A stretch of DNA of 64,000 nt, taken from the NCBI GenBank assembly GCA_963796955.1, contig CAWCNJ010000004.1:96001-160000 (forward strand), in the 5' to 3' direction. Positions 61,801 to 64,000 of the stretch are shown piece after piece (positions within the stretch are counted from its first letter, which is position 1; each line of letters starts with the position of its first letter). This stretch comes from Endomicrobiales bacterium (GTDB lineage Bacteria > Elusimicrobiota > Endomicrobiia > Endomicrobiales > JALOBY01). Under the pieces are notes generated by a model. That model saw only the letters and a program-made list of their open reading frames with translations. It had not been told where the DNA came from and did not search any database. Position numbers and translations under genes: made by a program.

Positions 61801-64000
61801 TGTAACCGTGCGCACCTGCGACGATTATTGGAACGCGGTGTCGACCAATCCGATGATCAGCGTTTACAGCGACGATATTAATTCACCCTTTAATCCTGCA
61901 TTCAGCGGCCAGATGGTGTCTAATGCCGTGGTAAGCGTTATGATGGTCACGGCATCTACCAACACCTACACGGTGCGGGCAGACGACATAGACGGGGTCT
62001 CGCCCGACCTTATCAGCGGTATTTCTTCGGGTGTTCGCATTGTCCCGGGCGCGCCAAACCAGTTATTGGCGATAGTACCGGGCGAAGAATTCAACGGCGG
62101 TACGCTTACCGGCAAGACCGGTTTGCCGAATGTTATTACCGCCGGTACCCTGTTCTCCGCGCGCGCTGCCGTTTGTGACCCCTGGTGGAACCGTGTGTCC
62201 AATATCGGCGTTACCATTATCGCTACCAGCCCGCTGGACCCTTACGACGTCGAACCGGCGCAGGGCGCTGTTGACCCGACGGATGGCACCGCCTCGTTCC
62301 TGTTCACCCTGCACCGCGCGGTAACGCAGTATATACTTGCAACGGACGCCAATACGGTCGGCCAGACGTTTACGGCCAACAAATCGTCGGTATTCAGTTG
62401 CGTGCCCGCCCTGCCCATACAGTTGCAGGTGCTGCTGCCGGGTACGACCGGCGTGCCGGGTTCCGTCAGCGGCCGCATCGGCATGCCAGCCGCGCAGACC
62501 GCGGGCGCCGGTTTTTACGGAACCGTCAATGTCGTTGACCAGTTCTTTAACGTCGCGACGCAGCTGGATCCGCAGCCGCTGGTGCATATCAATACGTCCG
62601 ACCAGTATGATGCGGAACCTTCTACTTCCATCCTGGTAAGCGGTACGAACCAGTTCTATATTAACCTGCGCACCGCGGCCACCAGCCATTTCGTGGTCGC
62701 CTCGGATGTGGACTGGTATCGCGCCGCTCTATAACCCTGACACGAGCGACGTCTTCACCGTTAACCCTTCCAGCGCCAACCAGATACATGTTATTTTGCC
62801 CGGCGAAACAATTCTTGGCGGATCGTTCACGGGTAAAGCCGGAACGCCCTCAGCATGGATCGCCGGACAGTCCTTTACAGCGACCACGTACCTGACCGAC
62901 CAGTTCTTTAACCGCATTCGCGGTGGTGTTACCATGCCGACGGTAGCGGTGCAGACCTGGGACCCGCAGGACCCGGAACCGCCCTCAAATCAATTGAGCC
63001 AGGGCTCTAACGTTTTCGCCCTGACACCGGAAACCGCCGCCTCTACCTGGACGGTAACCGGCATCGACACGGGCGGGCAATACGTGAGCGGAACTTCCAG
63101 CATGATCCGCGTATGGCCGGGCCCCGTGCACCATTATGTGATCTCAGGCCTGCCTGCCAGCGTTATCGCGGGCGCCGGATTTGATATACGCCTGAATGTT
63201 CAAGACCAGTACTTTAACATGGTCTCTACGGGCCCCAGCTGGGATGCTTATTCGAATGCCAAGGGTGTTTCGGGCGTGGACGCGCATTTTGACGCCGAAG
63301 TTTTCCCGCAGCCCCAGAATGCCACAATGCCCGTCGATTATAATTTTGTGCAGGAAGATTGGGGAACAAAGCTGTTCGCTTCAGGCGGCGTCTTCCGCCG
63401 TTCAGGCTCACGCTGGCTGAAGGCGAAGGATATCCTTGACGGCACGAATATAAATTCAGAACTGACGAAGAACGGGATCATTTATTCCACGCGGCCGTAT
63501 GTAACGGTATTGCCAGGTGACTTCTATAAGGTCATTATCTCTACCGACGCTCTGGCGCTCGGCACACCCGCAGGAGATATGGAAGTGCCTGCCGGTTCGC
63601 CCAACACCATGCTTTCTTTCGGCCATAAACAGATCTACGGACAGCTGGCCGACGCCTTTAACAATGCGATCTCAAGCGGCGGCGTTACCTTGTATTTCAA
63701 CGTGGTAAGCGTTACCGGTTCCACCGGCACTGTGAAGGATAACCTGGGCAACATAATAACCTCGGCTGTTACCGATGCCCAGGGCCGGGTCGGCTATTCA
63801 AGCGCCATCAGCTACTTTGTTTCCACCAAATCCGGCGAAAGCGCCCGCGTCTGGATAGCTACCTTCACCGCGCCATCCGATATAACCGGTTACCTGCCGG
63901 AGTCCAAGAATATTTCAGGGAACTTTACGACTACCGGCGGCGATCCCTACCGCGTCGGTTTTGCGAACTTCCCTGCCCAGATCATCGCCGGTCAGGAAAG
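18232..64000 (+). CDS. Giant repetitive surface protein/adhesin, at least ~15,250 aa, 3' end beyond window; reconstructed across ~13 frameshifts
   Basis: One N-terminal signal peptide. Repeat motifs continue in register across every ORF junction when a small indel is assumed. Downstream ORFs start mid-repeat with no signal peptide. The last frame is open from ~62718 to 64000. Confidence 0.8.
28846..36576 (+). CDS. Giant protein segment 2: class A Ig-like repeats
   Basis: 2576-aa ORF made of the same repeats; no signal peptide. Confidence 0.85.
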   Translation: MTRLIATMLATPNWGAPIMSSATYDTTRPTSLVTFPPLAGSTYAGAITTISGTANDANAMASKLNKVDVAIMRVSDGQWWGGWSNMNWTVSAAPVFSTATIYASYVSSAQWSYSTNPSMWNDTTSYWIISRAKDNAANFETGWSTAVFTCDTTPPTSVVVNPLNDPSGLAPVDTLAQLSGTAADATPGSIKRVRIMVFCPDQNPVPANANNRYWTLASGVVGNSTNWSTTPTWLDVSYAAGNWTFDSTGIAWDAKETPGYKYQVWSLAEDMAGNTQVLASTHTYWYAAPLPQTTVTNPANNGYYRMDATNNFYGTSNQYTKIAQGGVKILISSAPGYSTSWDEASKQWVAGANWMNTGFSEGNPGSWSLNISSTAWVDGGLYRVNSKGYGPAGVEVSPKDVNFTIDRTNPSAAIVLPANNGHFQTLATISGTSADTVPGLIYNVLIQIKKTVNFTDDYYFNGSSWQLGVSTWVVATPTDGQFNSAAENWKYDIAYPTACWKDEQAYVIKVQAYDKSYPANVFATPDTNIVIDRTPPVSGLTYPNALIHNSIPTISGTASDTAPGQVYSIGMKITNTDLTRYWSGSSWGISNSFKSSSLDGNFTTYFVVNPGTWTYTNVTWESGYQYNIQTSALDRAGNGETAGAGWTFIYDNEPPVSRVVLPTEGSKAHSIAVIQGTADDLTVNTHVTGVSTTTAVGDGVNIGLRSVSTGKYYSGGGVWNDTSFKPFITYYSSTTKIWQADPAELQTFTADNNPADGDYQIISRARDNAGNLEVVYSTRTFTWDRTKPVSFVTSPASGTFVNTITQITGTAQDVTSGLSRVALEFTFNNGGLDYYWTGSSWTLDITDLIAPMAGEVSVSTWTIAITTGLAHGVTYSAHSAAVDAAGNVESAVRTINFICDRVGPTLAISSPSANGYYSPANPLTFIKGTAADTPAGLLRTDIKLIDVTDNQVWDGAGWQVYYDTWMPTSGTGSWQFVTPALVPNRNYSVQARSFDTAGNQTLGSIVSFMYDSTAPVAAITLPNMPFMKSLATISGTAADIDPVAPGVKSGLAKVQVAVVQGANFWDQDANVFSAGAKWYDAAGTNNWTWSDPDLVWVDGTAYEVRARAIDNAANIQPVVAAYDFTYDSVLASATITAPIDGHAYNGVASIAGTASDSIAGLKRVEVVMRDLGAFGSDGFWNPATGNFDQTYTAASWGVAAGLANWTLSSSSFTLVTGHSYRAIARAIDNADNTPADPIWTGVWGTTFRFDNQRPVSLTTSPVDGGFYNYDFTGIYGTANDTPYGNSGLAFVKYAIQDSNGKWYDGTTNWTASSFPGWDNTSLVDGNPGTWSKTLNASPWKDGYKYSITAYAQDNASNAEIAFSTITFMFDKTAPVSQVNLPVNNKQYNSLTYVWGASTDTTVSAGGQTSGVQSVGLRVKRESDGWYLNNSGVWQSGVPAALPQCTLGVSSFTFTALDSYWTDNTSYTVTALATDRAGNAAYGQSSYFVFDASAPVSAITLPATDGQVMTTLASIAGGSQDLVAGGLGQVAAVSIRIQRVTVNDSKVMDGSWCNGPGWDSNSNNWLPAVWNGGAGTWSYSTSNIAFDYNGGYRVDVRAMDVAGNYESVFPTRTFIFRPPASVTTVSTPVHASFYKTVGSLTGTGNDQTRTLLTSIQRMSDGAFYDGSSSSWTVVYATGVWLNIVPSSPSWSMTLPESLWVSGSSYTVRSRGLSVWNIWENSSLITPPAANAVTFTVDTVEPLSAVSQPANNGYYNSLTTLSGTGTDATSGVKTVEVLIKSGLQYFNINTSAWTGVETWNPASYANGNWQSILLSSCAAAAWADGTTYLVKSRASDNTLPLPGNQENSGSGNAGVSFTYDLSLPTATITAPASGQPVYKTLTFLSGQMLDNAPQTVQVMVQQLNPSSYWTGSGWQASPAVWISSGAGSPLAVYQSSWVLTSPVWTSAKKYIISVKARDKAGNWQSGFAVGTSSNSFIIDQDAPAAVVASPAPNGIYNASLTAITGTALDPFAPNNIGMSLGNRVKLVIKDTDDNTYWNGSAWSVSVSTVYATNDSGDWTAWHYPIASWISDRNYTVQAWAIDDLDNEQTVPAGFSMVVDTTPPVSSIDYPANNQIFNSLPTLSGSANAQLSGLSGLDVRISSWTGAGWSVLPAYNFVPATIYQTSWTFTGIAGLVSGVTYQAVARAKDNAGNYDVKLSTVSFVFFTGAPTVVIGQPLSGAFYGPAYTVPLSSGTATDPFGVNRVEISISRNDGKYWNRPNSWVVQSSWQVTSGTLLWSIANPAFEDGYVYTLSAQATNTAGNTSIPVTKTFTYDSNVPTVSLQTPSTSYYHSLPNISGTAADPAGTIGTNRSGLGHVDVAIQNDPDFNGKFWNPITHSWNLDTLGTAWFNATGDLAGLPSSSWSVPAASTPTWVSNQKYNVSIRSVDQSGNASTVISQAFVYDTDAPLVAISLPSLSYYNNLPTITGSASDANDKGGVTNVQVRIKNYTFTKYWNNVSQAFDIDDTDVARESSWYTPTNQSGTWSVWTATFTWASGFKYQIEARAQDNSGNYSVVYATANFRYDTQAPTAALGFSGSG
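36558..36912 (+). CDS. Giant protein bridging repeat spread over two short frames (ORFs 36497..36853 and 36726..36962)
   Basis: SPAQGSFV...FTGTAQD...KWWNGVDF, then WNFAAMSLTSGASYYITLRTHDNATN: one class A repeat. Confidence 0.7.
36886..44397 (+). CDS. Giant protein segment 3: class A Ig-like repeats
   Basis: 2503-aa ORF made of the same repeats. Confidence 0.85.
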   Translation: MAARSLLTHAAVSTITLVGASFSSLNTISGTAVDYPGNAGGQAAGVGSVGLSVLRVSDGYYWTGTADLWASATYYATMSGTNNWQSVTLPPWASGEKYRLQSKSWDNALPAPGNDEQILCTRYFVFDSSAPSIAVSGPVNGKIYSTLSTITGSAQEYPLANNSGLNRIDLNLADNTNGMCWTGSSWTVTAQWNSIPLSGSAANWQYNSLGSAFTSGHTYTATLRAYDTLGNTLAQPTVVNFTFDNTPPVSFVTIPAENIGYNSTTQVLSTVSGTAMDVTAGVTSVNVSIKVNDYPSFGNYRWWNASLSTFSATSEMWNPAQIYAVNGATSSWRLIISSMSWLSPYTYVIRTQAADLTDFTSNVESSLPQRNFSVDSTLPNSTVGYPVNGASYVTLASITGTAEAIPSGIASMQIRISAEAAGSAPSNKDWGGVAAGWVAQPNWVSCSVTAFATSATWTYSDIPANWPTSAHYYQIQSRATSRAQNIEVPTVVTRFSADNQPPAAYIGVPANGTGYNNSTKPITSITGTATDDFSGINNIYVRVQDMYTGMYFDGTDFEQANGTLPSVWLLAYSTNVANVLGPQTWNYNETLNYKSGRAYNVVVRPDDKAGNVLTNFVVGTASNTFSYDIEPPTSTVLMPYGNGLYFSSMTVISGTAQDLTATGVITSGVAKDYLTVSYLSGGATYYWTGDNITYGAWWSSSTYPANGVQCAGTTSWNYTHAKFVDGSAWTPGVTYTVNLKAVDNADNIQNPGYTTTFMFDNVKPLATIGSPLGGAYKDLDVINGTAYDQHSKISAVQLCVNLNGTTWYWDGGAWITSLTDVYFTVGSYNQQTVAWSYTVPTPVTTWADGKIYILKARSIDAAMNVGDQSDAAAFTSDRSAPVSALQYPKDGLFYKNITIISGTAQDFPASPLNHADIGANTANVVVTIQDASSGQYWVGGPTWSVNFSSHAVDSILFGGGVFNWSLSALPVFANNSSYRINVIARDQVLNVQNWENFGSKPGVLIGIDSLNPQVQVSVPQNGQVYQSLAAITGTAVDVGPAGVAQVQIGVKDVSGEYWSDISHSWQSPAGILWNVLSTTSPWTDSDINDHNGWVSGNSYTLYARALDNAGNLCEWTTTTFQLDWVPPMSQPQVPAANDCRNSAITTITGTAQDTVPGTGVSEVRFRIQRSDGQWFTGLSFGSSDPVWVGGVTLTPGTPYTWQKDVSGIFQAGYSYSFNSRARDLVNMPVDNNWEVAFTTHTYIFDTAAPVSAVTMPGNNTWRNTLPVISGTMIDPAQVGSGAAPSGVVSVEVSIQRMSDNLYWNNSGFATAVSSFMAAAVWNSSWTYNFSDSYWTTNTSYTVICRASDRAGNLAWGTTNYFIFDTTAPVSAVALPAGTPGQYPTVTQMPTFTGTASDTQPGSINRVQVQIKHPGSPDTYWDNTVWGGATWLDGAIYNPITGVWTYNTGSVTWFPDPGNVGQNYEVRSRAIDQAGNVQGVIASEGTFMLVPPKPHSTITTIVNGASYQTLGSIGGTASQASLGIAETANVQILIQRLSDNKYYNTISTSTVGYWVSQTSWMVTNTSLPTWSYSIEPSTFSHNIQYKVLTRAISIDGVPEWNPAPYGSDTVPPVPNSSVSFWIDSQAPLLAIVKPQSNFDNSTTVISGTAQDVPAGINHIQISVMRNSDNKFWKTSDNSWNVGQVMNSTSTWDGTVWTMNLPVSPWIDGNQYQIIASAYDNVVPVSNQSNATTNFVYDVSYPTATITSPAHKSIISAVDTMSGAAMDTAPGQLQQVDVLIQRADGRYWKDDIADQGWKLTPAWNATTLYTSSWTWVKPAALSWNGNTTYYITARALDKAGNQQNNFILGSSSITIYDDLIAPTITMTYPANNTAINPGASFNFTGSIIDNLAGGATVEMLFSRFNSNGTTDYWTGAAWSASSTTFRAEELGLPGLTRSWSEPFVAANWLSDMRYNIKVRGIDDAKPVGNTGAWHNGGLGYDFVIDTTPPNSQVNMPVDGTTYRSMTQISGTANADMAGVASVGITIQRIAGINNDGHYWSHFTNQWVVGSTLCPANVVQGTGTKSWTYNIADSNWTSGTQYRIVSQVIDLAGKADITFSTATFVFDNTVPQVTVQTPSLPFYGPSRLLNTISGTALDDPAAGLTAGIDKVYVRIKQGANQYWSGSGWVASSSWVVVAGGNSWTYPAPVWTDGVSYVVNARAVDLVGNLSGWTTASFLWDETIPQAVLQQPDTDFEAAPLSTLSGTAYDPGAANQKSYLDKVEIAIQINPSASGNYWSGSSFNSSSIQWLPTSANGLADGIDTVNPWTFTGSTPTWSDGVEYSVSVHSIDKAGNTSSVASKTFHYDVSYPTASVQSPPNGSINSAVDSIGGAVMDSAPGQLQSAAVAIQRYDGKYWKDDIADQGWKVSLPIWNPVTMFVSSWTWVKPGTLDWGNNATYYITARATDQAGNVENNFVFGISSVTFYADNQAPSVSMDYPANGSTISPVNSFNFSGNIQDNLAGGDYR
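42088..45736 (+). repeat. Tandem duplication of a five-domain block (~1.82 kb; 42088-43908 and 43909-45736)
   Basis: YDVSYPTA...WKDDIADQGWK...GLGYDFxIDTTPPNSQVNMPVDG...KQGANQYWSG...ADGIDTVNPWTFTGSTPTW occurs twice, with many synonymous differences. Confidence 0.9.
44375..52255 (+). CDS. Giant protein segment 4: last class A repeats, transition domain (~50880-51260), first class B repeats
   Basis: 2626-aa ORF; switches to LRVLVPG/LQVLVPGE...QTAG repeats. Confidence 0.85.
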   Translation: MPAATTVELLFSRFNNDNTTSYWNGGAWMQGSAVTFRADQLGLPGLNRSWAYTFNAANWQSDMRYNVKARAYDDAKPVGNMGGWHNAGLGYDFIIDTTPPNSQVNMPVDGSTYRTMTQISGTANADMAGVASVGITIQRIAGTAPDGNYWSNYLNNWVGYSTSCPANVTQGPGTKSWTYAIADSNWTSGTRYRIVSQVRDLAGNAEILMSTATFVFDNSAPQVSVQAPVSPFYGPSRLLDTITGTAADNPSPGLTAGVDKVFVRIKQGANQYWSGTGWVASSSWVVVSGGINWTYPSPAWADGASYVINARAVDLVGNLSGWTTSTFLWDQSLPQVVLQRPVNDFEPAPLSLLSGTAYDPGSAGQKSYLDRVEIAIQVNPATNGNYWSGSSFNTSDIQWLPTSANALADGIDTVNPWTFTGSTPTWLSGTSYQVSVHSVDKANNTSTAAAKTFIFDNIAPTTKLTTPPGDVLTTRQNTMTSIIGTAADTAPGLLNRVEIRIKHTSSGYYWNPATQAFEGLAADSAWFIATTTVTPAYTVWNTTQSITTLSDGTQYQIVARALDMAGNYHVAYTTANFVYDISPARSYVTVPGANSTMCQLPSMSGTAVDAAGGSVTLVKVAVRNNRNGKWWGGSDFTEPTPLYLDALGTNPWGFDCTAAGMTAMLSSGSSYYIVTQAWDNALNTEAYPGNGPVTFIWDVTSPTSTVVVPVNGSSYNALATITGAVADVLPFAGATPSAINKVQVAVQDLTYPTTYWSFATGWLNTAQWNDAVTYQSSWTFANIPLWQSGRFYGIRSRAFDSALPLPGNDQNTQWPQSNYVILFDSIPPQAAMTSPVNNAITNTLPLLTGTAQDLPSVNSGIDKILVAVREIDPVGNWYNPATSSFTYAGATPPYSTATWISAGAPHWELTCPALRDGYQYFVQVYGRDNAGNNGAVSSPSVFRYDVTPPVAALTYPYKSWHVSLPTISGTAADNGYTGSSVASILVTYQDNPPGGLWYDGVTFSKGTMFTATWVSTGIVGAPNWTESQTPAFSNNRWYQVAAKAVDLAGNESLVASQNFRLDNVPPLSAVTQPATGKYYNAVSAVTGTAFDADSGIDKLQVRIFDVTSNLSWFGASQGWKDNGVYGSSWVAVSNVYASSWSYTDSVGYATGKTYRITSQAQDVAGSNEAPGDIPAYDTEFYYDNSTPQSVITLPSQPGSVKYYRQLPVISGTSLDQPAVGASGISMVEVAVENKSRSGANWWGGADYNQATSGWAVAAGTMSWTYSFNNWTDGNAYLVLSRAYDKTLPAPGLIENSFAVAVNSVTFVCDTSSPTSTISWPPSNNYITNTLSSISGTTIDALSGVSVTKVGIKLNNGGWWNGTDFTGAEAYFNSSPLTSGNTSWAYGGFAAGLVDQSTFTVFAVGYDNALPAPGNYETVLSSVTFIYDITRPTSTITVPSNLLNTKTLPTISGTAFDTFGVASVNVLVRDLLYPATYWQSGATWGPAITWHPAAYANGSWTMASPAFTDGHSYELKSMATDTAGNPEIPGLAQTATFSYDTTPPDSNVAYPVNGHYYPNPTIINGTASDTFTGIASVSVIIKQVNNTNYWNGSSWVPGVEQELPTTWNNVAGTWSRSTGLPVWADATLYQIQSKAYDKAGNVQITPLHPGSTWYCEQSGPTSGITLPVMPQREYNSLPVVSGTANDSFGINMVELRVFDISTGETWDETVPGWVAGDQDIWNLATGASTSGGTISWTYPKGSITWLDNRNYRLSSRAQNVAGTFETGWSSNTFKCDISSPTAYVSVPANNAIISSLPTISGKVYDASNTTLVRMGLHRLSDNHYWTFDGWTGSQNWENAAGGGTGLQDWTYTHASFADGSAFQTGVTYAIDVEARDNTLPAKNISTLLSTCTFIFDNQGPLTGISAPADGGSYNASSIGAIFGTSYDSPAGPNHVLLSVHDLSGAAGRYFSDDGAGGATWLSPVPEYWIAIASAAAGGVTVQWSYNQPALSWTDGHFYTVRAQGVDNIGNAGAVISSATFIYDMTKPTSTITDARKGDGSTVSPLNNAYIEDIRYIEGTAQDPIPPALNASGVPSGGVQYCIIMESNTPTYENGIPDANFDYQWNGSTWTLFTGAYNWRTANGGISWFSEDMTGKWYSGRWYLVKARAIDRAGNVQDDTIMPWTRFAVTLPAKTFNVTVNNLSPVAGQLVSATVEAKDANGDRARNYQGRIRFSVDGLIASPGGPEMPNTGGVYQAEEGWLPSDYYYTSLGQGIHTFNVLIATESLKLVKGGAGNRVLHATDIDDNSITGQVSFNVAPAAAEKLRVLVPGTAEAPGVVGGISGSVIAQTAGTPFTVTAQAVDKYWNINPSAVTTVRLSATDPYASPLTQVNTLTNGTTTYDIALMQRGYQNLTVTDTGASAWTSQTTPLPVQVNAALVNKLMVLLPNQTPVWGKPPYDPPFSDGGRSTTTVMAQTAGAPFTVTVYAVDRFWNKRDDTAASVLVETTDPYDVEPSTRPLSNGSTTFTVTLITSATQYVSSKIFSGPVVSSGTSNGVYVQPTTAENLQVLVPGETAIPGKANLAESKYFGQSAPFGKTGTPSNLTAGTTYAVTVNLVDRYFNVVPNASMPEITMNIAPYAFGGGDFHRS
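52272..55106 (+). CDS. Giant protein segment 5: class B repeats
   Basis: LQxxxPGE...GK.G.P..QTAG..F.VTV.A.D.YWN repeats. Confidence 0.8.
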   Translation: MSQGTRQFIIRYMVSTGQTNGPASRVITVSPDLSYNPDTSASIAVMPASIAKLQLIVPGEVAAPGVSAGKNNTPTSRIAGSSFNVTVRSVDQYWNLNSAGAASVNIESSDPFMQPAAPTSNLSGGVKTIAITLRKARTDNSDINPITHTIGVYSSDTPAWSSMTVTGIPITPNNAQSLLQIVLPGETAAPGHPNGKTGSPAPLQAGANLAVTVNATDNQWNRIAGVSHSMLLSSPADIYSVIPPAVAMTEGQCVFSDATAYKPYLATVQTLHVDDQDITPPIYASTTTLPFTVTAAPANRFQVLLPNQANQPGRWSGAFTNAGSAPYGKVNSVQARTAGSSFVATVNACDTYWNIASTDVIVQVLPMVNAGTQDTFAAVSPSTASLVNTSTHTVTFFSGGTFRYVEALPYTGGLLMQLSEGMQINADLASRLQLLVNGETPAPGKPPYSDSTGGKNGAPLKQTAGTAFNITVRVTDPYHNTATPAGNPDITVRLTSDDTFDKSFDDQHLNTGNSYNLAYTWTLITATTNGWTLSGDDIAPNTYDTAFSLPVKVNPHGDDAGNGFPRKLQVLLPGETAVPGKYNDGINSAPYGKSGIPLVQTAGTAYPVTVNAVDFYWNRVDDALYGISPLEGNPGVHIVTSDLYDTDPADNALVNGIRVFSAMAVTAGTFTVTASDIYDSQYLPYTTSVATAIAATPATQLQIIMPGETAVPGKWNNGLNSAPYGKSGLPLVQTAGAAFTITVNGCDQYWNRCQSGAANVHIAATDPFYTPPADKSLVNGQTTISLTLVSVGTNTLTASDSNAVLNPYSVTGVTVTPNVPVQLQVLVPGETNVGGKPSGKQGSSATQMAGAPFLVTVNACDTSWNKTSTFTVVSLTASDSHSSNPAPLSLVNGSTYFMVTLVCATDAVNWNNAGWTLTANAPASTMSNYVSAAVPVAPIMIRTL
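55103..56500 (+). CDS. Giant protein segment 6: class B repeats
   Basis: Same class B motif. Confidence 0.8.
   Translation: MKRRLLALTPGETHEGGKPPYTGNTGGKNGSPAGCTAGTPFTVTALACDYWWNINTSFNPNVNLTDNDPNAAYPAPQPLVNGTTTFTQFFVTRNDTGWSVSVNGLGYVGYDTPNLVVAPNIATKLLALLPGQSEAWGTYASTQPGRSGMPADMAAGTPVQITLRSCDDYYNFQSVDNSLISIAATDPNMSIPANRNLSNGVTFYTIIPVTAGTQTITVSDMQAPFMASNRSDVYHVNTGPVSRLQVLVPGETSLPGSASGKQGTVAVQTAGIPFNVTVNATDLFWNIKLDHNDAVGARLDTTDPWDINPSTQPLTNGTTIFAVTLVTRGAAHKLYAVDAGAYALEKDTSSIITVIPKIDQLAELKLQLVVPGETAVEGKWNNGVNPVPYGKSGLPSVETAGVNFTVTVNMVDKFWNVINSGVAMQYVQLMNVNKCDPFAVYPGSTSLTNRYHHVHGATADQRLWR
56466..57790 (+). CDS. Giant protein segments 7-8 (ORFs 56466..57446 and 57314..57790): class B repeats
   Basis: Same class B motif; frame changes at ~57300 and ~57724. 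Confidence 0.75.
57858..58946 (+). CDS. Giant protein segment 9: class B repeats
   Basis: Same class B motif; frame already open from ~57725. Confidence 0.78.
   Translation: MSQQLSGGYAVFVSTLVTGNAGSMNSANRVTTITASDITGSGSTLTAGLAQVTVQPDNAHASTLQLLLPGELHVPGKPPYQVPFGGRSGVPQQLTAGTTYSVTVNACDTYWNISPIQMPLIEMDNTDVYNVPVYRTLANGTNVFPVYMRRATLYQEGLINSATITIVHSAIPQLYSAAMSTFSVVPEASGKNFIILVPGQTHLPGTITGTNGGATNQTAGIPFRVTVDCVDSFNNIVPTANPLVTMTSSDPNDGVGAETGIGWDPVSQSLFVGCTYFMVNLVTANTSHILTAAQTDGKIPYYGITNSLPVYVNPGAPANYRCCCREKVVCQILPLVRPGRRLHRLPVLSSSLPSTLRISSGT
58820..62734 (+). CDS. Giant protein segment 10: class B repeats
   Basis: 1304-aa ORF, same motif. Confidence 0.82.
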   Translation: MLLPGESGLPNTTVGKTGTPLAQVAGTQFFVTVNVTDILWNVNNSVGPMVSVRTSDQYDVEPGTASLTAGTGPFLVTLPTASTSHLIFAYDTSNTYSTGTATMFQVSPAPAARLHIVLPGETYTPGKPPYDGTGGKTNAPVTQTAGQSFTPTVYLTDLYYNIRSGDVSNTVFIHSSDPNFSAPSGQSINSGQVSIPVRLVTYNTQTVGATYQDLSISSTTSTPLYVQPNAPARMQIVAPGETSRPGKWNNGSNIQPFGKSGTPNQVTAGSSFQVTVTACDNYYNPTTAQPDATVTTTDPYDVEPATQTLLNGSTTFTITLVTQRVTIASATASGYTPDYTGNITVNAASASGLQIILPGETAVQGKWNVEPAGKTGAPAAATAGTPFSVTVRAIDPHFNLCNISQTIDLESNDPNDANHTGVPQQNNLSGGSATYNRILLTANTSWIFTATDRDPSLPSLNPAVSTPVWVNAGTPWRILALVPGETYLPGNTVSQGGGKGGSPLQQTAGVPFVTTVIACDLNWNNVPGETSVVDLRSTDNFADLPAGYQEHGFGADGRTTFTNTIYTASTQTFYASGVGEPVLNHGNILNPYTSSVVTVVSSDAVKMQVLLPGETYVAGKPPYNLGGGGKGGAPTQRVAGVPFNVTAREVDPYWNTVTSIVSQVRCDTDDPYDVQPAIAPLAGGLRIFPIDLVTASTWTITAVDTDDAAIAVNVSSPVYVAPNSADRLQVLLPGETAVAGKFDGKTGSATPRTAGVLFAAQVRLTDAYWNTIYAGAMPTVSLGSTDVYWSTPTAKTLVAGVVNFSGVSGLTLVTATTTTIFADGGGYTTGVSSPVLVMPNTATKTIVVVPGETQVNGKNVPPLGRSGTPATETAGQMFTITVYAVDGNNNFVNTVNINPVNIITSDIYDTDPGNLNMVNGLITTNVTIKTAKATVVSALPGGAPLAQGDSSSIPVVSGVARRLQVLLPGETADPGSVSGKIGSPGNQVAGYSFNVTVRTCDDYWNAVSTNPMISVYSDDINSPFNPAFSGQMVSNAVVSVMMVTASTNTYTVRADDIDGVSPDLISGISSGVRIVPGAPNQLLAIVPGEEFNGGTLTGKTGLPNVITAGTLFSARAAVCDPWWNRVSNIGVTIIATSPLDPYDVEPAQGAVDPTDGTASFLFTLHRAVTQYILATDANTVGQTFTANKSSVFSCVPALPIQLQVLLPGTTGVPGSVSGRIGMPAAQTAGAGFYGTVNVVDQFFNVATQLDPQPLVHINTSDQYDAEPSTSILVSGTNQFYINLRTAATSHFVVASDVDWYRAAL
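62718..64000 (+). CDS. Giant protein segment 11, absent from the ORF track: last class B repeat then new Ig-like domains; runs off the window
   Basis: Manual translation IAPLYNPDTSDVFTVNPSSANQIHVILPGET...HHYVISGLPASVIAGAGFDIRLNVQDQYFN...FPAQIIAGQE with no stop. Confidence 0.85.
   Translation, partial: MAPLYNPDTSDVFTVNPSSANQIHVILPGETILGGSFTGKAGTPSAWIAGQSFTATTYLTDQFFNRIRGGVTMPTVAVQTWDPQDPEPPSNQLSQGSNVFALTPETAASTWTVTGIDTGGQYVSGTSSMIRVWPGPVHHYVISGLPASVIAGAGFDIRLNVQDQYFNMVSTGPSWDAYSNAKGVSGVDAHFDAEVFPQPQNATMPVDYNFVQEDWGTKLFASGGVFRRSGSRWLKAKDILDGTNINSELTKNGIIYSTRPYVTVLPGDFYKVIISTDALALGTPAGDMEVPAGSPNTMLSFGHKQIYGQLADAFNNAISSGGVTLYFNVVSVTGSTGTVKDNLGNIITSAVTDAQGRVGYSSAISYFVSTKSGESARVWIATFTAPSDITGYLPESKNISGNFTTTGGDPYRVGFANFPAQIIAGQE

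Noticed and set aside
28820..62720. Programmed frameshifting or phase variation at giant-gene junctions
   Set aside because: No shared slippery heptamer or long simple-sequence tract, the shift directions are mixed, and 13 sequential events would make full-length product negligible.
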